Positions 20,782-30,450 of a stretch of DNA of 64,000 bases are shown piece after piece. Below the pieces are notes generated by a model, which did not search any database, was not told where the DNA came from, and worked only from the letters and a program-made list of their open reading frames with translations. Each line of letters opens with the position of its first letter. Within the stretch, counting starts at the first letter, position 1. This DNA is from Candidatus Methanomethylophilaceae archaeon (GTDB lineage: Archaea > Thermoplasmatota > Thermoplasmata > Methanomassiliicoccales > Methanomethylophilaceae): the NCBI GenBank assembly GCA_944320495.1, contig CALUHR010000013.1, positions 192,001 through 256,000 of the forward strand. The letters are read 5' to 3'. The position numbers were made by a program, and so were the translations under genes.

Positions 20782-21483
20782 TCACTCGTCAGCGGTGTTG
20801 TTCAGAAGGCCCCTGAACAGACATACATCCATGGGCGTCGTTATCTTGATGTTCTCGGGATTGCCCTCCACGGTGTGCAGGGCGCATCCATGACTCGTCA
20901 CTATCGTAGCGGAATCGATGCATGACGTCTGGCCGTTGGCTATGCATATCTCATAGTGCGATATTATCTCCCCGAGACGGAAGGTCTGGGGCGCACGGGC
21001 CATCTGGCACATGTTACGGTCCAGCACCTGCGTACCATCCCCGGATGCCAGGATCACCGTCTCCGTGCACGGGGACACCGTGATGGCGTTACCGAACTCT
21101 GCCGCCACCTGGAGATTCCTGCGGATCGTCTCCCTGCTGACCAGCGGTCTGACACCGTCATGGATCATGACAAGGGACTTCGGATCCAGTCCGGCATCCC
21201 TCATGGAGACCAGACCGTTGTAGATGGACATCTGCCCGGTCTCCCCGCCGGGGACTATGCTGATGACCTTGCGTATGCCGTGATCCGCGATCTGCTTCCT
21301 GAGCTCGTCGATCCAATCGGCGAGACAGACGACCTGGATGCCATCGATCTCGTCCATGCCGTCGAACAGCTCGAGCGTGTGGATGATGATGGACTTCCCA
21401 TTGACCTCTATGAACTGCTTCGGAACCGCCGAACTGTTCATGCGGACCCCGTGTCCGCCGGCGAATATGAGCACGTAATTCAG
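20782..21483 (-). CDS. IspD/TarI-like cytidylyltransferase (probable CTG start)
   Basis: NYVLIFAGGHGVRM, PKQF, GGETGQ.SIYNGL, IHDGVRPL, APQTF, NIKITTP.D. Confidence 0.88.
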   Translation of the reverse strand: MNYVLIFAGGHGVRMNSSAVPKQFIEVNGKSIIIHTLELFDGMDEIDGIQVVCLADWIDELRKQIADHGIRKVISIVPGGETGQMSIYNGLVSMRDAGLDPKSLVMIHDGVRPLVSRETIRRNLQVAAEFGNAITVSPCTETVILASGDGTQVLDRNMCQMARAPQTFRLGEIISHYEICIANGQTSCIDSATIVTSHGCALHTVEGNPENIKITTPMDVCLFRGLLNNTADE

Positions 21484-21629
21484 GTCATCACCCTCGCATC
21501 CAGGCCTGATGTCTATATCGGTCTGCGAGGAGCACGTTTACGTATCTATATAAAATACAATCGCACCGATAATCGGCGTTCTCGGAATCAAAAATATTGC
21601 AGGGGGGTGGCCCCCTGCGGTTTGTCAGC

Positions 21630-22988
21630 TCACTGGAGGGCGGAGCTGCAGTCCGGGATGTAGCCGTCCTTCATCATCTGGGCGGTGAGGTTCCTGGACC
21701 TGTTGATCATGAACTCGGCCCTGTCGAAGAGCTCCTGCCTGCTCAGCTTGAGCCTGGCGACTCCCTGCTCCTGGGCCTTCATGGCGACGGCGACGGCCTC
21801 CCTCGGGAAGACCTCGGCCTCGGCCATGGTCGGGATGATGTAGTCCTCGCTGATTCCCTTCTCCTCCGCGCAGGCGGCGAGCTCGCGGGCGGCGGCGATG
21901 CACATCTCGTCGGTGATGGTCTTGGCCCTCACGTCGAGCACTCCCCTGAAGATGGCGGGGAAGCCCATGGAGTTGTTGACCTGGTTGGGGAAGTCGGACC
22001 TGCCGGTGGCGAACACCTTGCATCCGTTCTCCTTGGCCTCCCAGGGCCACATCTCCGGGATCGGGTTGGCGGTGGCGAAGACGACCGGGTCGTCCGCCAT
22101 GAGCTTGACGTACTCGGCGGGGATGGTGCCGGGTCCGGGCTTGGATGCGGCGATGACGATGTCCGCGCCCTCCATGGCCTCCTTGATGCCTCCGGACTTT
22201 CCGGCCCCGTTGGTCTTCTCGCAGATCTCCCACTTCTGCCTGAAGCTGTCCTTGACGTCCTCCCTGGCGAGGTTCAGGATTCCCTTGGAGTCGCACATGC
22301 ACATGTGCTTGGGGCTGAATCCGGTGGCGAGGAGGAGCCTGGCGATGGCGATGGAGGCCGCTCCGGCGCCGATGACGGCGATCTGGGCGTCCTCGAGCTT
22401 CTTGCCGACGAGCTTCATGGCGTTGATGGCACCCGCGACCTCGACGGTGGCGGTTCCCTGCTGGTCATCATGCCAGACGGGGATCTTGCAGTCCCTCCTA
22501 AGCTCGTCGAGGATGTCGAAGCACTTGGGGTTCGAGATGTCCTCGAGGTTTATTCCTCCGAAGGAGGGGGCCAGGAGCCTGACGGTCTCGATGATCTTGT
22601 CGGGGTCCTTGGTGTCCAGGCAGATCGGGACGCAGTCCACGCCTCCGAGGTACTTGAACAGCATGGCCTTGCCCTCCATGACGGGCATGGCGGCCTCCGG
22701 CCCTATGTCACCGAGTCCGAGTACACGGGTACCATCGGACACGACGGCGACGGTGTTCCACTTGCAGGTGTGCTCGTACACCATGTCGGGGTTGGCGGCG
22801 ATGTCCTTGCAGGGCTCGGCGACTCCCGGGGAGTACCAGATGGCGAAGTCGTCGAACGACCTGACGCATGCCTTGGGCACGGTCTCGATCTTTCCGTGGT
22901 AGAACTTGTGCAGGACCATCGCGTCCTGTCCGGGCTTCTTCGCCTTCTCAAGGCGCTCCTCGACTGTCATGTTCATGTCGTATGCCAT
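21630..22988 (-). CDS. NAD(P)-dependent malic enzyme
   Basis: WYSPGVAEPC, DGTRVLGLGDIG, VMEGKAMLFK, INLEDI, WHDDQQGTA, GAGAA, ATGRSDFPNQVNN. Confidence 0.95.
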   Translation of the reverse strand: MAYDMNMTVEERLEKAKKPGQDAMVLHKFYHGKIETVPKACVRSFDDFAIWYSPGVAEPCKDIAANPDMVYEHTCKWNTVAVVSDGTRVLGLGDIGPEAAMPVMEGKAMLFKYLGGVDCVPICLDTKDPDKIIETVRLLAPSFGGINLEDISNPKCFDILDELRRDCKIPVWHDDQQGTATVEVAGAINAMKLVGKKLEDAQIAVIGAGAASIAIARLLLATGFSPKHMCMCDSKGILNLAREDVKDSFRQKWEICEKTNGAGKSGGIKEAMEGADIVIAASKPGPGTIPAEYVKLMADDPVVFATANPIPEMWPWEAKENGCKVFATGRSDFPNQVNNSMGFPAIFRGVLDVRAKTITDEMCIAAARELAACAEEKGISEDYIIPTMAEAEVFPREAVAVAMKAQEQGVARLKLSRQELFDRAEFMINRSRNLTAQMMKDGYIPDCSSALQ

Positions 22989-23011
22989 TTCTTGACCTCC
23001 ATAAACTCTGG

Positions 23012-23032
23012 AATCTACGAATTTCGTAGATT
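23012..23032. promoter_or_regulatory. Perfect 10-bp inverted repeat upstream of malic enzyme (operator or hairpin)
   Basis: AATCTACGAA-T-TTCGTAGATT, between the TATA-like element near 23070 and the ATG at 22988. Confidence 0.55.
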
Positions 23033-23071
23033 GACTGCGAAATCTAAGACGCACGATTGGCGTGCCCGTAT

Positions 23072-24454
23072 TTAATCGTTGACGGGAGCCCGACTATTCG
23101 AATCATCGCCTGGACGGCGCGAACGGATGGCGCGGAGAAGGTCGTCCCCGTGCATCTGCCACAGCACCATCACGATTCCGAGACACTGGAGAATCGAACC
23201 GAGCCCGAACTGGATGTTCCTCGGCGACAGACCGAGCAGGACCGGATCGTTCCACATGGTGAAGAACGACACCAGGGAGTCGACGTCGAACCATCCCTCC
23301 CAGACGCCCAGCGGGGTGAGGGTGGATGCATTGGACCCGAACACGCATATCACGGCGCCGACGGCCATGATTTTCCAGGACAGTATGAACCTGCGCTCCT
23401 CCGCCGCGATCCAGTATGCCAGGAACGGCACGAGGACGACCATGTACTGCGTGGTCGGCGGATAAACGAGGACCAGCGCCGAGATCAGGAGGCACGACTT
23501 CATCAGCACCCTCGTCGGATCGCCGTCCCTGTTGCGGTACATCACCACGGCCGCATACGCGGATATCACTAGAACGATCGCATAGACGATGATCCTGGAG
23601 AACCCTATGACCGTGTCGAGGAGGGAGCTGTCCACTCCGGACCCGGTGCGGTCGCTGAGGAACTGGAAGCATTCCTCTATGTTGCCCGCCAGGATCTGAG
23701 GCGCGAAGATGATCGCGGCCATCGCCCCGGCACCCACGGCCGCGAGGACCACGTGGGAGACGGCGCGCCTGCGGTCGTCCCTGTTGCGGACGAGGATGTA
23801 CGCGACCAGCACGAATATGAGGAACGCCGGGAAGAACTTGGTCAGGACCGCCAGAGAGAAGGTCATGCCGGCGATGAGCGGGTGGTCCTTCCTGAGCAGG
23901 ATGACCGTGAGCACGGCGAACATCGCCGATATCGTGTCGGGCATGGCGATGATGCCCGTGGACGCCAGGAGAACCGGCGAGAGGAATGCCAGTGCGAATC
24001 CGAGGACCGCCTTGCGGTCGTCTCCGGTGACGTCCCTCACCAGATACCATACGGCGAAGGCCAGCGCCGCGTCGAAGACGTAGAGCGGCACCTTCACCGA
24101 GTACAGGAACGCGACGGACGGGATCGTGGAGCTGAAGTACTGGCCCATCCCCTCGATCGGGATAATCTCCGCGACCTTCACGGCGACCTCGCCGAGATTG
24201 AGCAGCGCATCCTGCAGCACAGCCACCAGCCCCAGGATGTACCCCCACACCGGCGTGTAGTAGTAGCCCTCCACCCCGTAGAGGCCCTGGCCGATCTCGA
24301 TGTTCCTTATGACGAGGGCCCAGTACTCCGAGTCGTAGACTATGGACAGAGGGGCGATGGCGATCCTGATCAGGATCCCAACTACGAGGATCAGAAGCAA
24401 CGGATGCCTGACGTTGGCGATGCGGTCGCACACCTTTGAGAGGACCTCGGACAC
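23072..24454 (-). CDS. GT-C-like (GT87/PIG-M-like) polytopic glycosyltransferase
   Basis: GTG start; YDSEYW, GLYGVEGYYYTPVWGY, KVPLYVFD, AMPDTI, TKFFP. Confidence 0.72.
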   Translation of the reverse strand: MSEVLSKVCDRIANVRHPLLLILVVGILIRIAIAPLSIVYDSEYWALVIRNIEIGQGLYGVEGYYYTPVWGYILGLVAVLQDALLNLGEVAVKVAEIIPIEGMGQYFSSTIPSVAFLYSVKVPLYVFDAALAFAVWYLVRDVTGDDRKAVLGFALAFLSPVLLASTGIIAMPDTISAMFAVLTVILLRKDHPLIAGMTFSLAVLTKFFPAFLIFVLVAYILVRNRDDRRRAVSHVVLAAVGAGAMAAIIFAPQILAGNIEECFQFLSDRTGSGVDSSLLDTVIGFSRIIVYAIVLVISAYAAVVMYRNRDGDPTRVLMKSCLLISALVLVYPPTTQYMVVLVPFLAYWIAAEERRFILSWKIMAVGAVICVFGSNASTLTPLGVWEGWFDVDSLVSFFTMWNDPVLLGLSPRNIQFGLGSILQCLGIVMVLWQMHGDDLLRAIRSRRPGDDSNSRAPVND

Positions 24455-25469
24455 GGAACGCGCCCCCGTACTTGGCGAACGTGCCGCCGATGTAGATGTA
24501 CAGCGTCAGATCGGTCGCGTCGCCCTCGAACCCGACGGATCCGGAGACCGTGCCGCGAACCACATCGCCCTCCGAATGCGACACTATCTCGGACGAGACC
24601 GTGATTCCGGATGCGATTATCTGGGTCAGATCGTCCACGCTGTCGAAGTTCTTCGGTCCGGAGACCACGAACATGGACCCCTCGCCGAACGGTATCCCCG
24701 AGACGGAGGCGTACTCCCCATCGGTGAATCCCATCTCGATGGACCCCTCGATCGATGACACGTCCGCGGCGAAACGGATGTTACCGTCCTTGAGGGTCAG
24801 CGCGTCCAGGAAGCCGTTGTCGATCTCGGAGTCCGCATACTCGGGACCGTCGCGGTTGAGGCACTCGGACCCGAAGAGCAGGACCTGGTTGTCCTCCACC
24901 TCGAAGAGCGTCTCCCCGTCTGTGTGGAACCTTCCGGCCTCGGCGGCCGTCCAGTAGACCGTCCCGCCTGCCCTGACCCATTGCAGGAGGAGACAGTCTG
25001 AGGTCCCGTCGTAGACGGATGACGGGAGCGCATAGGACGAGACCACCAGTCCGATTCCGACCGGATCGGCAATAGTCTCCCTGAGTGCGTCCTCCAATTC
25101 GGATGTCCCGCATTCGGAGACGTCGTGGAAGGAACGGACGGCGAGGGCCTCGACGACCTCGTGCGCGTACGGGGACTGCGAGCAGTAATCCACATTGCTC
25201 ATCCGATACGCCTCCCCGTACAGGTCGTCGTACGTCTCATCGACATAGACGAGGACCGAGGACACCGGCGTACGGCCGCCGTTGTCGATGAGAACCGCAT
25301 CATAAACATCCGACCCGGAGGAGCTGACTTCGTAATCCACCTCTCCGTCGGACCATTCGGCGTCGGCGCCGTAGCTGTGCACATCCGCATAGGTAAGCAC
25401 CTCTCCGGCGACGACGACAGCGCAGAGAAGGACTGCGACGATGGCGACGGCATCGGTGCGAATCCTCAT
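24447..25469 (-). CDS. Membrane-anchored extracellular protein, paralog 2 (proposed CGA stop 24447-24449)
   Basis: MRIRTDAVAIVAVLLCAVVV anchor; 340 aa with the CGA stop (paralog 1 is 336 aa); otherwise reads 1.3 kb out of frame through the GT-C gene. Confidence 0.75.
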
Positions 25470-25638
25470 CGTCCCTCGTAGGGGGTTCTCGTATATAGGC
25501 GACCCTACAACACGCCCCGCCCCCTCTCCGATGATAGCCTGGCGCGCCAAGCGATGGGACGTGTCGGACGGACAATCCGCTGAAGTTGGCGGGAGCTGCA
25601 TCTTCCTTTTTATGTACCATAAGAGGATGACCGTCCAT

Positions 25639-26115
25639 ATGACGGGATGGGTAACACGGATGATGCGCGACCATCGCGAGGCGATGCTGTACATCATCAC
25701 CGGCGGATTCACCACCCTCGTCAACTACGCCGCCTACGGCGCCTTCGTCTGGTGCAACATCGACCCGACCATCAGCAACGTTCTCTCGTGGTTCGTCAGC
25801 GTATCGTTCGCCTTCGTCGTGAACAAATGGATCGTCTTCGAGAGCAGGTCCCTGGAGGGCCGCAAGGTGACGGCCGAACTGGTCGAGTTCTTCGGCGCGA
25901 GGGTGCTGACCCTCGTAGTGTCGGCAATACTGTTCGCGGTCCTCTTCGACCATCTCGGTTCGGAGATGGGCGTCCACATCCTGACCGACGAGCTCTTCGG
26001 CATCCGCGGATCGGAAGGATACGTCACCAAGCTCATCACCAGCTTCATCGAGATCGTCCTCAACTGGGTGCTCAGCAAGTACTGGGTCTTCAGGAAGGCG
26101 AAGTCCGAGGCCTGA
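25639..26115 (+). CDS. GtrA family lipid-linked sugar translocase
   Basis: YIITGGFTTLVNY, FAFVVNKWIVF, LNWVLSKYWVF. Confidence 0.88.
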   Translation: MTGWVTRMMRDHREAMLYIITGGFTTLVNYAAYGAFVWCNIDPTISNVLSWFVSVSFAFVVNKWIVFESRSLEGRKVTAELVEFFGARVLTLVVSAILFAVLFDHLGSEMGVHILTDELFGIRGSEGYVTKLITSFIEIVLNWVLSKYWVFRKAKSEA

Positions 26116-26157
26116 GGCCCGGCATCACATTTTAAGGACCGGACCAATCCCCCGACC

Positions 26158-27783
26158 ATGGGCAGAGAGATCTCCATCCTCCTCATCGACGGATACATCG
26201 ACGACCCGGCCGCGCTCGGCGTGCCGCCGTACATCTCGCCGATGTCCCGCGCCATAGCCGGCGCAGCGCTCGATGCCGGTGCGGACAGGGTGGAGTACCT
26301 CACGATAGACATGGTCCGCAGGGGTGCCAGGATACCCGACGCCGCGGTGAGCGTGGTGCTCTCGGGGAACACCGTCCCGGGGAAGTACCTGCGCTCGATG
26401 CCCATGTCCCAGAAGGAGCTCGTCGCCCTGCTCCCCAGGCTGAAGGGATGGAGGATGGTCGGGGGCTCCGCCGCCGCGTCCCCCGCGGCCGAGGGCTTCG
26501 ATTTCATAGTGAAGCGCGACCTCGCCGCGTCCCTGTACGACGGGATGGTCGGCAAGGAGGTGGGCGAGAGGCTCCGCACCCTCGACGAGTGGAACAGGTG
26601 GATGCTCCTCGGAGCGGACATCGTCACGTCCCATCAGGACTTCCCCGAGCCCCTCGTGGCCGAGGTGGAGTCCTACCGCGGATGCCACCGCTGGGCATCC
26701 GGAGGGTGCTCGTACTGCATCGAGCCCACCAAGGGCAGGCCCCTGATGCGCTCGCCCTCGGACATCATCGCCGAGGCCTCCAGGCTCAGGGAGCTCGGCG
26801 TCAGGAACCTCAGGGTGGGAGGACAGACGTGCATCGTGTCCTACGGCGCCGACCCCGACTCTCCGGTGCCCACCCCGGACCCGGAGGCGATCGGGGAGCT
26901 GTTCGAGGGATTGGCCGCGCTGGATTTCGACGTCCTCCACGTGGACAACGCCAACGCCGCGGTCATCGCGTCCCATCCCGAGGAGGCCGAGAGGGTTCTG
27001 GAGACGCTCGCGTCCAGATGCACCGACGGCAACGTGCTGGCACTCGGCATGGAGTCCGCCGACCCGCGCGTCGTGATGGAGAACAACCTGAACAGCACCG
27101 CCGAGCAGGTGCTCGATGCTGTCCGCATGATCAACCGCATAGGCGGCTCCCGCGGCCCCCGCGGCATGCCGAGGATGCTCCCCGGGATCAACATCGTCTG
27201 CGGGCTGGACGGCGAGACCACCGAGACCTACGACATGGACATGGAGCTGCTCGGGAGGATCCGCGATGAAGGCCTGATGGTCAGGAGGATCAACATCCGC
27301 CAGGTGCTCCCGATACGCAGGGAGTTCTCCGTCAGGGTGGACCAGCGCAGGTTCAAGCGCTTCAAGGAGGATGTCCGCGAGGACGTCGACCGCGTGATGC
27401 TGGAGAGGGTCGCCCCATACGGGACGGTCCTCCGCGACGTGTACATGGAGCTGCAGGACGGGAACACCACCTTTGGAAGGCAGATCGGCTCGTACCCCCT
27501 GCTGGTCGGCGTCCCGTACAAGGTCGATACCGAGCAGTTCCGTGACATCTTCGTCACCGACTGGGGCTTCCGCTCGATCACGGGCGTGACCTATCCGTTC
27601 GACATCAACTCCATGCCCATGTCGGCGCTGGAGGCGCTCCCCGGGATCGGTAAGAAGAGGGCGCAGAGGCTTGCCGCTGAGAGGCCGTTCGAGGGTTTCG
27701 ACGACCTGCTGAGGGTCCTGGAAGACCCGCACGTGGTCGACGGGCTCAGGGACCTGGTGGTGTTCGGGGAGCAGAATGTCCGA
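26158..27783 (+). CDS. Radical SAM protein with C-terminal helix-hairpin-helix (COG1031-like; proposed CGA stop 27781-27783)
   Basis: IDGYIDDPAALGVPPY, RGCHRWASGGCSYC (CX7CX2C), LPGIGKKRA HhH. Confidence 0.85.
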
Positions 27784-28039
27784 CGTCCGTTTTGCGGTTC
27801 CTTGAGGACCGACCGGACATCGACGCGGCGGCCTCCCGACCGCACGTAATGTCGGCGACGACCCACCATCCATGAGCCTTCATGGCCCCCGATCCCCAGC
27901 GTCTCGGCCGAGAGATCCGCGACGCTGTCGCAGATGTGGCCGCCCCGGATGTTCCCGGGACGGACAGAAGGCATACCAGGCCTGATGCGAACACGGGGCG
28001 ACGCAGTTATCTATCGGGACAGTCCTCGATTCCGACGCC

Positions 28040-29131
28040 ATGGACTCAGAGCTCATCGCCAAGTTCCCGTTCCTCGAGGAGGCCCGCCAGTTCGTCGACG
28101 ACAGCGGGGCGGACATAGCGGAGCTCATAACGTCTCCGTCCTACGAGCCGGCGCGCGCCCGCGGGGTCCAGCGCATCACCGACGCCCTCGCCCACTCCGA
28201 GGTGTCCTACGTGCCGATGGTCAGGGCCAGCGAGTACGACCGCCTCATGGAGGTGCTCTCCTACCCCTATGCGAGGATGATCGTCTCCGCCGTCGGGGAC
28301 AGGTTCCTCACCAAGCGCTACGCCCTGGCCGAGGCCGTGAGGATGAACCGGATCCTCGTGGGCGAGGGGAGGGAGAACACCATCGAGGTGTCCGAGCAGC
28401 TCAACGCGCCCTCCACGGCGGACGCCGACGGCATAATGCGCATCCGCTTCACCGACTACCTCCGCCTGGCTAACCGCATGAAGAGCGTGGACTGGAAGCT
28501 GATCAACAGCGACATCCACTCCGGCCTGGTGTACCTGCCCCAGGAGAAGTTCAGCCGTCTGATGCAGAACGCCCTCCAGGACCGCATCGAGTCGGAGCTG
28601 CCCCTCATGACCCCCGACGAGTTCAAGCCCTATCTGAGGGGGGACATCAACAAGGTGGAGATGGCCCTCGCCGAGACGAAGGCGAGGTTCAGCCCCACCG
28701 GTGGCGAGGGCATGAAGATTGAGTTCTGCCCGCCGTGCATCAACCACCTGCTGGAGATGTCCAGGCAGGGAGTGAACCTGCCCCACAGCGCCAGGTTCGC
28801 CCTGGTGACGTTCCTGAGCGCCCTCGGGCTCAGCTACGACCAGATCATCACGATATTCTCGGAGTCCCCGGACTTCGACGAATCCATCGCCGGATATCAG
28901 ATCAAGCACATCACCGGCGAGCTCAGCGGCGGGGAGGCGTACACGCCGCCGGAGTGCGCCACCATGAAGACCAACGGCATCTGCTACAACCCGGACAAGA
29001 TCTGCGAGCAGGAGTGGATGACGCATCCGCTGAAGTACTACAGGTTCAAGTCGAAGCCGAGGAGGGACGGCCAGCCGTCGAGGGATGCCGGCGGGAAGAG
29101 TCCGACGGATGCACGGAAAAAGGGCGCCTGA
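28040..29131 (+). CDS. priL: DNA primase large subunit
   Basis: KFPFL, PPCINHL, LPHSARFALVTFL, YQIKHI, YTPPECATM, C..PD..C..HPLKYY. Confidence 0.93.
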   Translation: MDSELIAKFPFLEEARQFVDDSGADIAELITSPSYEPARARGVQRITDALAHSEVSYVPMVRASEYDRLMEVLSYPYARMIVSAVGDRFLTKRYALAEAVRMNRILVGEGRENTIEVSEQLNAPSTADADGIMRIRFTDYLRLANRMKSVDWKLINSDIHSGLVYLPQEKFSRLMQNALQDRIESELPLMTPDEFKPYLRGDINKVEMALAETKARFSPTGGEGMKIEFCPPCINHLLEMSRQGVNLPHSARFALVTFLSALGLSYDQIITIFSESPDFDESIAGYQIKHITGELSGGEAYTPPECATMKTNGICYNPDKICEQEWMTHPLKYYRFKSKPRRDGQPSRDAGGKSPTDARKKGA

Positions 29132-29199
29132 TTTTTTTGGCACGGAAAAAGAGTACATCCTGAATCGGGCACTCATTTTCCGTGTATCCGTACAAACGG

Positions 29200-29877
29200 T
29201 CACTCCGACTTCCCCTCGGGCGGATACATCCTCCCGAGGTTCCTCCAGGTGATGATGGCCCTCTGGATGGCCGTGAGGTTGCCGACGACGGCGAACCACA
29301 GCATCATTATCCCGAGCCAGGTGAGCTCGAATCCGAATATGTCGAACGAGGCGTACTGCCCGTCCGCGACGCAGAGCATCACGAACTGGATGAGCGGGAA
29401 CAGCGTCGACAGCACCACGCGATCGGCCCTCCCGAGCAGACCGGCGTAGAGCCTCGGGGCCCCGATGGCCTGGGCCTGGGTGCCCATGTACGAGGTGAGC
29501 AGCACGCCCACCAGAGCCAGCATGCCCAGGTACGGGTCGCACCACCTCACACAGAACGCGACGCCGCCGATCATGAAGACGTCGGCGTACCTGTCGAAGA
29601 CGTGGTCCAAGTAGTCCCCCTTGGGCCCGGCCTTACCGGAGAGCTTGGCGACCTTGCCGTCCAGGGCGTCGAAGTACCCGGAGACGATGACCATCACCGC
29701 CCCGAGGACGAGCATCCACTCGTTGCCCTCCTCACCGCTGAACCAGAACACCACGCCGCAGAGGAGCGCCAGGATCAGCCCGACCCATGAGATCGTGTTG
29801 GGGTTGACGTTTATCAGCTTCCGCGCGACGGGTGCCAGCGCGAAGTCCACGGTCGATCTCTTGCTGTCTAGAACCAT
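29200..29877 (-). CDS. CDP-alcohol phosphatidyltransferase (archaetidyl-transferase, PgsA-like)
   Basis: NPNTIS, FDALDGKVAK..GDYLDHVFDRYAD, LGRADR. The MVLD start overlaps the kinase stop. Confidence 0.9.
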   Translation of the reverse strand: MVLDSKRSTVDFALAPVARKLINVNPNTISWVGLILALLCGVVFWFSGEEGNEWMLVLGAVMVIVSGYFDALDGKVAKLSGKAGPKGDYLDHVFDRYADVFMIGGVAFCVRWCDPYLGMLALVGVLLTSYMGTQAQAIGAPRLYAGLLGRADRVVLSTLFPLIQFVMLCVADGQYASFDIFGFELTWLGIMMLWFAVVGNLTAIQRAIITWRNLGRMYPPEGKSE

Positions 29878-30401
29878 GCGTCCATCTCCGGCGTCCAATC
29901 GGTGCCGCCGGGAGGGTAATCCGAAGCGCCACCACTTATGATTTTCTCCGCGATGTCCGCAGCCTCGCTAACAGTCACGGACGTGCAGTCAATCTCCCCC
30001 ACGGGGATGTCCGTCTCCGCAGCCTCGCAGAGAATCTCGTCGAGTATCTCGGCCTGGACGTTCTCCCTAACCTTGTCCTCGGAGTAGCCGCGAGCGCGGA
30101 GGCGCTCCGCCAGGACCGACGGGGCACAGCGAAGGACCACGATCCCGCTGGAATCCATGAAGTGCGACAGGTGGCTGTCCAAGATGTGGACGTCCGGGTC
30201 CTCCCTGAGCGGCTCCAGCGCGTCGTTGAGGGCGTCTAGATCGACCTCGTAGGTGTCGCGCTCCGCGTCGTACTCCCCCAGCAACCCGTTCTCGCGGATG
30301 AACGCCTTCCCGTCGATCACGTCGTGTCCGCGGGACCTCAGCTCGGCGGAGAGCGTGGACTTCCCGGTCCCGGGGGTTCCCGTGAGTGCGAAGAGGACCA
30401 T
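29868..30401 (-). CDS. Adenylate kinase, AK6/Fap7 type
   Basis: TGTPGTGKST, DSHLSH, LRARGYSEDKVRENVQAE. The only TAG-terminated gene noticed. Confidence 0.9.
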   Translation of the reverse strand: MVLFALTGTPGTGKSTLSAELRSRGHDVIDGKAFIRENGLLGEYDAERDTYEVDLDALNDALEPLREDPDVHILDSHLSHFMDSSGIVVLRCAPSVLAERLRARGYSEDKVRENVQAEILDEILCEAAETDIPVGEIDCTSVTVSEAADIAEKIISGGASDYPPGGTDWTPEMDAWF

Positions 30402-30450
30402 GCCCTCCGGAACGCTCCTGCCCGTATTAACCGTGTCGAGTCTTCGCCGG

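Noticed and set aside
20782-21483. ispD as evidence for an MEP isoprenoid pathway
   Set aside because: Glycan-locus context and absence of other MEP genes here; archaea use mevalonate.
23103-25724. 873-aa ORF suggesting a fusion or dual-frame coding
   Set aside because: The real protein is 24447-25469; the remainder is an out-of-frame shadow of the GT-C gene after a CGA.
29111-29152. Direct repeat GCACGGAAAAA flanking a T7 tract after priL
   Set aside because: Most simply a bidirectional T-tract terminator region; too short to support more.
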